From positions 55,458 through 119,457 of the forward strand of contig JBBIRS010000006.1 in the NCBI GenBank assembly GCA_037441675.1: DNA of 64,000 nucleotides, read 5' to 3'. Every line of letters begins with the position of its first letter. Positions within the stretch are counted from its first letter, which is position 1. A program made the translations under genes and the position numbers. The notes below the pieces were generated by a model. The model had not been told where the DNA came from. It did no database searches and saw only the letters and a list, made by a program, of their open reading frames with translations. This DNA comes from Planctomycetales bacterium (lineage in GTDB: Bacteria > 4484-113). Of this stretch, positions 52,878-61,740 are shown one piece after another.

Positions 52878-53597
52878 TTCTGCTCACTCCTTAATTTTGA
52901 AATATAAAAAAATGATAAGCCATAAATGCCAGAAATGAGAAAACTTGCCCCTGCAATAAGCCATAAGGCTATATTTAACCAAGCGAGGGAAACTATATAT
53001 TTTGCCCCTGGAATTTCCGTAGTAATTTCTTGCGTTGTTGGAATGATGAAAACCTTGTTATAAAGCCAATCGCGCCCGCAATTAGCGCAGATATTAGGAG
53101 GTAGGCTGATCGCCTTATGACTGCGTCCTTATTTTCAAAGGGGAAGCCAACACTTTCTTCCTTACGCTTTACTCTTTCCCAATCCCTGGGGAATTTACCT
53201 AAAGGGGTAGGTTCACCTTCCCCGACTGAAGCGATAGTCCGCTGACTAACGCCACTTTGTTAATTTATGGCGCTTATTTCTTGTTCAGCAATCGCAGAAG
53301 CATTTTCGCCCTCAAAAGCAATTGCTTGAGTATCAATATCAGAAAAAACTTCATCGCCAAGCTCAATCCTTGAGATTCTCTCTTTTGGCGAAGATCGAAA
53401 CTCTTCACCCATCTTATCAACGCCAAGGATGGGCTAGTTCGGTGCGCGCCCAGTAGTGGATAGTTGCACTTGGGTCAGTTAATCTCGCGCACATCAACAA
53501 GCTCTAAGCAGTTGGGACATCCCCTAATTCGTATGGCGCATTAAGGGCAGAGAACCTCTGGTGGTATCAAATCTCTCCTGCACACAGGACACAGCAT
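52874..53597 (-). pseudogene. double-zinc-ribbon + linker + 2-TM protein pseudogene (copy 1)
   Basis: MLCPVC...LCP*C...CPNC...N*PKC, then frameshifted linker and two hydrophobic segments ending LRSEQK*. Confidence 0.7.
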
Positions 53598-53650
53598 TTG
53601 AATCAAAGTTTAGCACAAAGCCCAACCGATGTAGAATAATGCCAGATTGA

Positions 53651-54145
53651 ATGGATAAAAGCTCACTTAAAATTAGATACGCAGACAAGGATGACATTTC
53701 TGATATAGCCGGATTGCACCTTCTGACTTTGGAGGAACTTGCGGGGATAGCACCTGCTGGTTACGGGGATAGCCTGAAGCATTGCCTTCCCACCGCCGAA
53801 GAATTTGAGAAATTGTTTACTTCCGAGCTTGAGGACGAAAGAAGCGTTCTAGTAATCGCTGAGATTGATGGAATCTTAGCGGGATTTGCCTTCGGCTTTC
53901 TTGAGAAGCATTCTGACGATTTAATAGAGGCGCCCTATCTCTCGATTGTCTACCTTGAAACGGCAAAAGAATTCAGGAAGCGCGGGGTCGGGCGTGCGCT
54001 TCTTAAGGAGATGGAACGGCTGGCAAGGGAGCGCGGGATAAAAACGATTGACCTGCAAGTCTGGCTCACGAATAAGCCAGCAATGAGACTTTCTGTTGAA
54101 GCAGGCTATCAGCCTCTAGAGATGCGTATGGGGAAACGTGTTTAG
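53651..54145 (+). CDS. GNAT family acetyltransferase
   Basis: IRYA...D, FRKRGVGRALL acetyl-CoA motif, N.PA. Confidence 0.88.
   Translation: MDKSSLKIRYADKDDISDIAGLHLLTLEELAGIAPAGYGDSLKHCLPTAEEFEKLFTSELEDERSVLVIAEIDGILAGFAFGFLEKHSDDLIEAPYLSIVYLETAKEFRKRGVGRALLKEMERLARERGIKTIDLQVWLTNKPAMRLSVEAGYQPLEMRMGKRV
54056..54145 (+). repeat. direct repeat copy 1 (3' end of the GNAT gene)
   Basis: Shares an exact 19-mer TCTGGCTCACGAATAAGCC (54060-78) and colinear similarity with 55203..55293. Confidence 0.75.
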
Positions 54146-54149
54146 GACT

Positions 54150-54587
54150 AGAGTATACTGGGATATGATTTTTCTACCAGTTTTCGCACCTTTACGGTCA
54201 GTTCATTAGCTCGACTAATTGCCTCCTTTACCTCTCTTTCTGAGACGCTTATGCCTCCTTCGTAGAGATCCTTATGTCTTTTCACTCGGAGTTTTTGGAA
54301 AAGGCAACTAGCGACAATTCAGTCTTCACCGTGTGTTTAAGGGTCTCCAGTGTTCTAAAGTTTTCATTCCTCTTTTCCTTCCGTTTATAACCGTTACATA
54401 GCAAAGCCAACTTTGCAAGGATAAATATCGCGTGATAGGCGAGGTCCAGCCTGCTTTCGAATGTGAGTTATTCTAACTTCGCATCCTTAAGTTTGTTTTG
54501 TGCGGTCTTCCATAAATTTCCTATTTCCTTTTGAGAAGCCCGTGCGGAGATAATTTCTCCCCAACTTTCAAGTTCGGTCAAAGTCAT
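54150..54587 (-). pseudogene. HEPN-domain toxin pseudogene
   Basis: MTLTELE...KDAKLE*LTFESRLDLAYHAI...; frameshift; ...KLRVKRHKDLYEG...EAISRA (R-x4-Y HEPN-like motif); overlaps the MNT 3' end. Confidence 0.75.
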
Positions 54588-55160
54588 CCCATTCTCCTAA
54601 AAGCAAAATTTTTGCTCCATTATGCACATCGTAAACGAAACCATCCTCTTTAGCCAATGAAAGCTTGTACTCCTTTGGTGTATAGACAGTGGGGTTCAAT
54701 TCACGCCCAAGAACACAGGAGGCGTTCATCAAAGCGGATACGATGTCGTATAGCTTCACAGTTCCGACTACCATTATGTCCACATCGCTTTCGGGTGTTA
54801 TCTCTCCAGTTGCGAAACTGCCGTAGATATTGGCAAGTTTAATTCTCTTGCGAAATGGTTCTAATGCATCCCTTATTACATCTGCTAATCCTACTGTCTT
54901 CAGAATTAGTCCTTTCAACTCAGTATAAATAGGACATTTAGAATTCAACCGATAGAAGAATTGCCTGCCGACCTGCTTAGATTCAACTATTCCAGCCTTT
55001 TTCAGTGTATTCGGCTCACGGCTGGAGTTGATGGAGTAAATGCCAGAGCGTCTGGCGATTTCACGTAAATGTAGCCACTCTTCGCTAGAGCGAAAAAGTT
55101 CCGCAATGATTTTCAGTCTCGTTTTTCCAAATATCAGAGTGATATTTGAATAGCAGTCAT
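54568..55160 (-). pseudogene. wHTH-nucleotidyltransferase (MNT antitoxin), start frameshifted
   Basis: IYGSFATG...SDVDIMVV; the frame stays open upstream through an HTH (HLREIARRSG...LKKAGIV), but ATG 55160 is out of frame. Confidence 0.75.
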
Positions 55161-55202
55161 TGTTGCTACAATTGTGGCATTTTTTACTACTATTTCAATC
55201 GT

Positions 55203-55293
55203 CAAATCTGGCTCACGAATAAGCCCGCAATTGGAGAAAACGTCTATGCAAGCTTTCATAATCTATAGTTGCGTCCGGGGAAATGGGATTTAA
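55203..55293 (+). repeat. direct repeat copy 2 (degenerate GNAT 3' end)
   Basis: Translates QIWLTNKPAI...L*LRPGK versus GNAT QVWLTNKPAM...LEMRMGK. Confidence 0.75.
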
Positions 55294-55360
55294 GGTTGAA
55301 ACTCTTACTAGATTGACAGATGTTTAGCATCCGCTTATACTTTACTTTTCACACGGGCAT

Positions 55361-55642
55361 GTGACCTACAAGCTTCAGGAACTCTCGCTCTATCAGGAGT
55401 TCAGGAATTACCTCGTTAGACTCGTCTGAAGAATGTGTGCGCCATTACTGAAGGTTCTTGGAACTAAGAAAACACCTGATATTCTATGGAAAACTGACGT
55501 TTACTAGATAATCCTTGAAGGGAAGATATGACCTGGGCTAAAGAATCTTCCCGACGCTATACTTCAGGCGGCTGAATATAGGCAAGAAGCAAATGCTGAT
55601 AGTCACGCGGTTTTCTCAAAGGCGTCATTTACTGTAAAATAG
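55361..55642 (+). pseudogene. PD-(D/E)xK nuclease N-terminal relic (type IIG/HsdR-like)
   Basis: MTYKLQE...*...TPDIL...*IILEGKI*...DAILQAAEY: PD, ExK and QxxxY motifs with three in-frame stops. Confidence 0.55.
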
Positions 55643-55687
55643 TATTAGGAGAGAGCGACTTTAACCTTAAATTCTCGTGAAGCAAAA

Positions 55688-56971
55688 TTGCATAAAGCAG
55701 TAAACAATCTTTCTACCCCACTAGAGGTCAAAAGTGAAAGAAAGAGAGCGATCAGAGGGAGGGAGGTCTCGATTCTCTTTAGGAATTCCGTCCCTGAATA
55801 ACCTGCGTCCCTTAATGGAGTGTTCGCCATTTATCAGTATCCAGCCAAGTTCATACCTCAAGTTGTAGCCTATGCAATTAAGGAATACGCAGAGCCCGGA
55901 ATGACCGTTTTCGACCCGTTCGCTGGGTATGGTTCTGCGGGAATAGTCGCAAGGCTTTATGGTTTGAATTATGAGCTTTGGGATTTGAATCCGATGTTGG
56001 ATGTCATTCATAAGACCGCGATGCTGAGCCCTACCATCCCCTTCCATATCTAGCCCGAGCACCTGCTCAGCGCGTTAAGAGATTCAGAAAGGGAGTACTT
56101 ACCCAAATGGTCAAACCTAGACCATTGGTTCCCCTGCGAGTTTGTGACTATGTTAGCCAGGGCTTGGGGCGCTGCTCACGCATTACCTGAAGAACTAAAG
56201 TACTATGTTTACATACCACTTGCAAAGACTACGAGGTTATTTTCCTATAGTGACGAAAAGGTTCACAAGCTTTACTCCTCCAGTAAAGCAAAGCTCAAGG
56301 TCAAGCGGTTTCTAGAAGGAAACTGGCGACAAAGTTTCTTCTCTCATTTAGAGCGCGAAATGGCTAGCCTTATTGAGAAATTGCGCATATACCAGCAACT
56401 GGGGCCAAGACCAGTTGAGCACACGATTAAGGCTGCTGTTGACACCCTTGAATGCGAGTTGGAACACGACGTGGACATGTTCATTACGTCACCACCCTAC
56501 TTGCAGGCTCAAGAATACTTAAGGTCAACTAAGCTTGAACTGTTCTGGATGGGATATGAAGAGGAAGAGATAAGACGCTTAAGTAAATTAGAGCTTCCCT
56601 ATAGGCAAGTTGAGAAGAGTGAGATTAGAACAACAACTTTCTGGAAATTTAGAAGCCAAATTAGAGAACAACATCTGATTTCTCTCTACGATAATTATTT
56701 CCACTCTATACTCTCTGTCTTCGAAAGACTTAGTAAGCGCGTTACGAAGTACATGTGCATATTCGTGGGTCCCGCTACAGTAAGAACAGTTTCCATTCCC
56801 ATTGATAAGGTCGTTGTTGAACACATGGTGTCCAGAGGTTGGGAGCATCAGTGTACATACATTGACAAGATAGTAGGGAGGGTTATGTTTGAATCGCGAG
56901 TTAATCCTGCTTACGGTCTAGAAGACAAACGAATTCCAACGGAACGCCTTGTTGTTCTTCACAGGAAATAA
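55688..56971 (+). pseudogene. amino-(likely N4-cytosine) DNA methyltransferase, alpha-type motif order, with nonsense codons
   Basis: YPAKFIPQ, DPFAGYGS (motif I) precedes TSPPY (motif IV); in-frame TAA 55799-801 and TAG 56051-53. Confidence 0.85.
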
Positions 56972-56973
56972 AG

Positions 56974-57949
56974 ATGACTTGATTGCTCAAGAAGCATCTT
57001 CAAGGCCCATCCGCAACTGAAGAACTTTCAGACTACATCCATCAACTGCATCGGGAGCTATCAGGTATCTTTAACCCAATTTGGGATGAAAACGAAATAG
57101 GTAAACTTGTACTTTCCGCACTTAGGTCTAACGATTTTAATACTATCAGGGTTAGTGGTCGCAGGAGCTTTGTCAATGACGATGCGGTCAAGACTTGGTG
57201 TCGCGAGATACTTATTCCTAGCTCGTTGGCGATTTCAATCGATGATGTTGACATAGTGAGATTATTATTGTTTTCAATTGAAATAACACATAAAATGTTT
57301 GCAGGTGGGACTAGAGCTACTGTTACGCAAAAGGGTTTTCGCGACAGACGAAGGACATTTGAGAGCATACTGGCTGACCAGTTTGTTGGTAAACTCGGTG
57401 AAGTCGTCTTGAAGAAGTATCTGAAGCGGATACTAGATGTTGAAATAGACCTAGACTGGGAGATATCCACAGAGATAGAAAGAACGGTTCAGGAACGATA
57501 TTACAGGGGCAGAAATGATGGTAAGCATAAAGTCGTCACCCACGCTTGCTGGTATCTGGGCTGAAGCGCCTATTGGTTATGATTTCGGGGTATATGTCAA
57601 GTGCTCGGTTCCACAGGCTACTATTATCCAGTTCTTCATTGAAGCCTGTGGTTTTAGCAAGTTATTGGATTACGCTAGTTCTAAAATACCTGCAACAGAC
57701 GAGCGTTTCAGTTCCTATCTGAAGGATATAAGTGAGAGAATCCGTCGATACAAATGTGGTGAATTTCAGACTACGCTGAAGGGTGTGGTGTGCGGATATT
57801 TTGAGACGTCCAACCAGTCACTAATTCCAGAGGGGGCGAAGCTTGACTATTTGGGTGTGGTTAGGGAAGAAAGGTATTTTTCGAAGCTCTCAGACCTAAA
57901 GTGGGGATTAAATGATTGGAAGGAATTTAGAACACGATGCGTATTGTAA
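56974..57949 (+). pseudogene. putative type II restriction endonuclease, frameshifted
   Basis: Directly follows the MTase; GKLGE helix and ND...SIK catalytic-like motif restored by removing the AGAA duplication at 57477-84; TGA at codon 3 after ATG 56974. Confidence 0.65.
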
Positions 57950-57977
57950 AGCTACATTCACCGAGAGCTTTCCTGCT

Positions 57978-58112
57978 ATGGTGGAGATGGATATGGAGGT
58001 GCTTCAGGCAATGGGGTACTCTGAGGGTGAGGAATAGGCAATCATTGACGAGATCTACCCCATCATCGCCTATGAACTTACGCAGACGAAACAGGCAATG
58101 TCGTCAAGATAA
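57978..58112 (+). pseudogene. possible C-terminal relic of a type IIG-like RM protein
   Basis: MDMEVLQAMGYSEGEE*AIIDEIYPIIAYELTQTKQAM resembles the helical LD..VL..LG......LY C-termini of such proteins. Confidence 0.35.
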
Positions 58113-58566
58113 GGATGATATTTGGACTTTTTTTAACGGTGCGACTCATAAGTCATCGCCGATGACTTAACTCAGGAAACAGGTTATGTCAGGGAGGTAA
58201 AGCCTATGAAGTGTTAGGCTCAGGGACATCCATCCCAAAATCATCGCAGAATTCCTAAGTAGCTCCAGCGTTTATCAGATAACCTATTCGTTGAAGGCTT
58301 TCGTTGAAGGCTGCCTGAAAAAGTGGGGAAGAGGAAACGTTACTTGTGTTGAGTTTGAATAGCTTTGGGCTGGTCACTGCTGAGGATAATATTCTAGGTG
58401 ATATACCCTTGATCCAATATTGAAGCCAGGACTGCGGGAGCAAGCTCTTCGCCCTACAGGTCACAAGCTTGCCACCCATCAGAATAGACTAAAGAATTAA
58501 TTTAACGGCAAAAGGATATATTCACGCGCAACTCAGCACTTTTTCGTGATAAACTAAAAGGTTGGA

Positions 58567-61500
58567 ATGGCGGTAAGACATAAGGTAAAGGAGCAGGTAA
58601 ATGCGCAGGGGCTCAGAAAAGGGCTCAGAAATGCGGGATACCCCGGCGAGACTGCCGAGACTGCGGAGACTGCGAGTCGCGCGAAAAGTAAGCTAAACCA
58701 AGTGGATGAGTTCCGCGGTGGCAATTCCACTAAATTCATCCATATTCAGGGCGCGAGGGTGCATAACCTCAAGAATATCACCGTCAAAATACCAAGGGAG
58801 AAGCTTGTAGTATTCACGGGCGTTTCCGGTAGCGGAAAGTCAAGCCTAGCGTTTGACACCATCTACGCGGAGGGGCAGAGGCGTTACCTTGAAAGCTTGT
58901 CAAGCTACGCGCGTCAATTCTTGATGAATTTTGAGAAGGCCGATGTTGATCAGATTACCGGACTTTCTCCAACAATCGCCATTGAGCAGAAAAGCGCTAG
59001 CCACAATCCTCGCAGTACCGTTGGAACTGTCACTGAAACCTACGACTATTTTCGCGTGCTCTTTGCGCGGGTGGGCGAACAGCACTGTGTGGAATGTGGT
59101 AATAAAGTTGGACGTCAAACGGTGGACAACATTGTTGATGTTATTCTTTCCTATCCGCAAGGGTCGCGCATCTATCTTCTTTCGCCAATTGTCTACGGAA
59201 GAAAGGGCGAGTACAAAGACCTGTTCCTTTCCGCGCGTATGAGGGGTTTCGCTAGGGTACGCGTTAATGGTCACATTCTCAGTCTTGAGGAAGATATACA
59301 GCTTGACAAGAAGCGCAAACACGATATTGAGATTGTCGTGGACCGCTTGAGAATTGAAGGTGATATCAAAAAGCGCCTATCGGAATCCATAGAAACCGCA
59401 CTGAAAGAGGGAAATGGAACGCTCATAGCGCTAAATGTGGATAGTGGAAAGGAGCGCGTGTTTTCGGAAAAACTTGCCTGCGCAAATTGCGGGATCTCTT
59501 ACGAGGAGCTTACACCACAGATGTTCTCATTCAATAGCCCATACGGAATGTGCAGTGCTTGTGATGGACTTGGGACTAGTCTTGAGGTGGATGAGAATTT
59601 GGTTGTGCCTGAACCTGAACTCTCCATCGCTGAGGGCGCTTTAAAACCTTGGTTCTGCCAGGAGCGCTCATTTCAATATTACACTGGCCAGATTCTAAGG
59701 CAGTACGGCTATTCATTATCTACTCGCTGGCTAGAACTTCCTCAAAAGGTGAAGGATGCAATCCTGTTGGGCAACGGCGCTCGGAATCCTCTTGAAGGCG
59801 TGGCAAATACAATAAGAAGGCTTTATAGGCAGACAGAGAGTGAAGGCGCGAGAAAGTATTACGCATGCTTTTTCGCAGATACACCATGTCCATCCTGTAA
59901 AGGCAGACGGCTGAAACCCCAGCCCCTTGCGGTTAAGATTGCAGGAGTAAACATAGCAGAACTCTGTGAAATGAGCGTGGACAATGCTTATGAGTTTTTT
60001 AGAAAGCTGAATCTTAGCGGTTCAGCAGGAGAGATAGCTAAAGATTTACTCAGTGAAATAAAGGCTAGACTCAAGTTTTTAATGGACGTCGGGCTTGGTT
60101 ACTTAACGCTAGCTAGGAGCGCACCCACGCTATCAGGTGGGGAAAGTCAGAGAATTCGGCTAGCTAGTCAAATTGGTAGCGGGCTTACTGGCGTGCTTTA
60201 CATCCTTGATGAACCATCAATTGGCCTTCACCAGAGGGACAATAAACGCCTGCTTAATACGCTGCTTCACCTTAGGGATTTAGGAAACACAATCATTGTT
60301 GTAGAGCATGATAGAGAGGCAATGGAAACAGCAGATGTCATATTTGACTTTGGTCCTAGCGCTGGAAGGAATGGAGGACAGATTGTTGCGATTGGTACTG
60401 CGAAAGAGCTGAAAAAGGAGAGCAAGACACTCACTGGGAAATATCTTTCCGGAGAACTTAACATTCCCGTGCCTACCAAGAGGCGGAAGGGGAATGGGAA
60501 ATTCCTAACAATTGTAGGGGCAACCGCTAACAATTTGAAGAACATAACTGTGCATATTCCACTTGGGAATATTGTCGCAATTACGGGAGTTAGCGGTAGC
60601 GGGAAGAGCAGTCTAATCAACGAAACTTTATATAAAGCAACTGCTAATCTACTTTACAGCGGGATACGGAAAACGGGAAACTTCAAGGAAATTCGTGGCA
60701 TAAGCGGAAACATTGACAAAGTTATACGTATAAGTCAAAAACCAATCGGAAGAACTCCTCGGAGTAATCCTGCGACCTACACTGGAGCTTGGGACCCAAT
60801 TCGCAAACTTTTTTCGGAATTACCAGAAAGCAGAGTACGAGGTTATAGTCCGGGTAGGTTCAGCTTCAATGTAAAGGGCGGGCGTTGCGAAGCCTGTCAA
60901 GGTGATGGTGTCAAAAAGATTGAACTTCACTTCTTACCAGACGTTTATGTAACCTGTGAAGAATGCGGCGGAAAGCGCTTTAATAGGGAGACCTTGACCG
61001 TTCAATACAAAGGCAAGAATATTCACGACGCCCTTCAGATGACGGTAGCGGAGGCACTGGAGCATTTTGAGAAACATCCGCCAATTGTGCGGGTTTTGCA
61101 GACTCTTGCGGATGTGGGGCTTGATTACATCCAGCTCGGCCAGCCTGCGCCAACCCTATCCGGAGGCGAATCTCAGCGAGTGAAGCTTGCGAAGGAGCTT
61201 ACAAAGAAAAGCACTGGGAAGACGCTGTATCTACTTGACGAACCAACTACGGGGCTTCATTTTGATGATATTAAGAAGCTTCTTTCTGTGCTGTCCCGGC
61301 TCGCTGATGCAGGAAATACTATTGTCATCATTGAGCACAATCTTGACGTGATAAAGTGCGCGGACTGGGTGATTGATTTGGGACCTGAGGGCGGAGACGA
61401 GGGTGGACGCGTGATCGCCGAGGGAACGCCGGAACAGGTTGCACGATGTGAAAAGAGCTATACTGGGCTTTTCTTGAAGAGGGTTCTGGGAAAAGAATAA
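58567..61500 (+). CDS. uvrA: excinuclease ABC subunit A
   Basis: Two [11 protein letters not shown]alker A motifs, LSGGE signatures, zinc fingers. Confidence 0.98.
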   Translation: MAVRHKVKEQVNAQGLRKGLRNAGYPGETAETAETASRAKSKLNQVDEFRGGNSTKFIHIQGARVHNLKNITVKIPREKLVVFTGVSGSGKSSLAFDTIYAEGQRRYLESLSSYARQFLMNFEKADVDQITGLSPTIAIEQKSASHNPRSTVGTVTETYDYFRVLFARVGEQHCVECGNKVGRQTVDNIVDVILSYPQGSRIYLLSPIVYGRKGEYKDLFLSARMRGFARVRVNGHILSLEEDIQLDKKRKHDIEIVVDRLRIEGDIKKRLSESIETALKEGNGTLIALNVDSGKERVFSEKLACANCGISYEELTPQMFSFNSPYGMCSACDGLGTSLEVDENLVVPEPELSIAEGALKPWFCQERSFQYYTGQILRQYGYSLSTRWLELPQKVKDAILLGNGARNPLEGVANTIRRLYRQTESEGARKYYACFFADTPCPSCKGRRLKPQPLAVKIAGVNIAELCEMSVDNAYEFFRKLNLSGSAGEIAKDLLSEIKARLKFLMDVGLGYLTLARSAPTLSGGESQRIRLASQIGSGLTGVLYILDEPSIGLHQRDNKRLLNTLLHLRDLGNTIIVVEHDREAMETADVIFDFGPSAGRNGGQIVAIGTAKELKKESKTLTGKYLSGELNIPVPTKRRKGNGKFLTIVGATANNLKNITVHIPLGNIVAITGVSGSGKSSLINETLYKATANLLYSGIRKTGNFKEIRGISGNIDKVIRISQKPIGRTPRSNPATYTGAWDPIRKLFSELPESRVRGYSPGRFSFNVKGGRCEACQGDGVKKIELHFLPDVYVTCEECGGKRFNRETLTVQYKGKNIHDALQMTVAEALEHFEKHPPIVRVLQTLADVGLDYIQLGQPAPTLSGGESQRVKLAKELTKKSTGKTLYLLDEPTTGLHFDDIKKLLSVLSRLADAGNTIVIIEHNLDVIKCADWVIDLGPEGGDEGGRVIAEGTPEQVARCEKSYTGLFLKRVLGKE

Positions 61501-61591
61501 AGAACGGGTGTAGCGATTTGAGTGTCAATAGGTAAAAATTAAACCACTCAACTGCCCATATTTTTTTTCATTAAAGTTGCTTGATGTTGTC

Positions 61592-61618
61592 AATTACTCA
61601 GCATCAGCCTGAGTAATT
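61592..61618. other. perfect 10-bp inverted repeat between uvrA and the cytochrome gene (terminator or operator)
   Basis: AATTACTCAG-CATCAGC-CTGAGTAATT. Confidence 0.5.
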
Positions 61619-61670
61619 AAAGCCAAATTAATATATTATATCATTTTAAGTATCAATATGTTTAAAATAT

Positions 61671-61710
61671 TAGTGAATATTATCACTATGATTAATTTTT
61701 ATGTTAAAAT
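61671..61710 (+). promoter_or_regulatory. Rex/CRP-like palindrome and extended -10 upstream of the cytochrome gene
   Basis: TAGTGA-ATATTA-TCACTA (61671-88); TG-T-TAAAAT (61702-10). Confidence 0.5.
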
Positions 61711-61740
61711 TATCTATTATAATTACTAGGAGGTTTTATA

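Noticed and set aside
391..57949. Stop-codon reassignment or read-through suggested by many in-frame stops (e.g. two TAG in the MNT gene, TAG in the MTase)
   Set aside because: The interrupting stops include TAA, TAG and TGA and co-occur with frameshifts. Core genes have no internal stops and end normally with TAA, TAG or TGA. Pseudogenisation explains the pattern better.
58180..58500. Possible additional gene remnant before uvrA
   Set aside because: Short broken frames with no recognisable motif; cannot be supported.
53600..58560. Intact prophage, IS or integrative element
   Set aside because: No integrase, transposase, tRNA target or phage genes were recognised; only decayed defence cargo remains.
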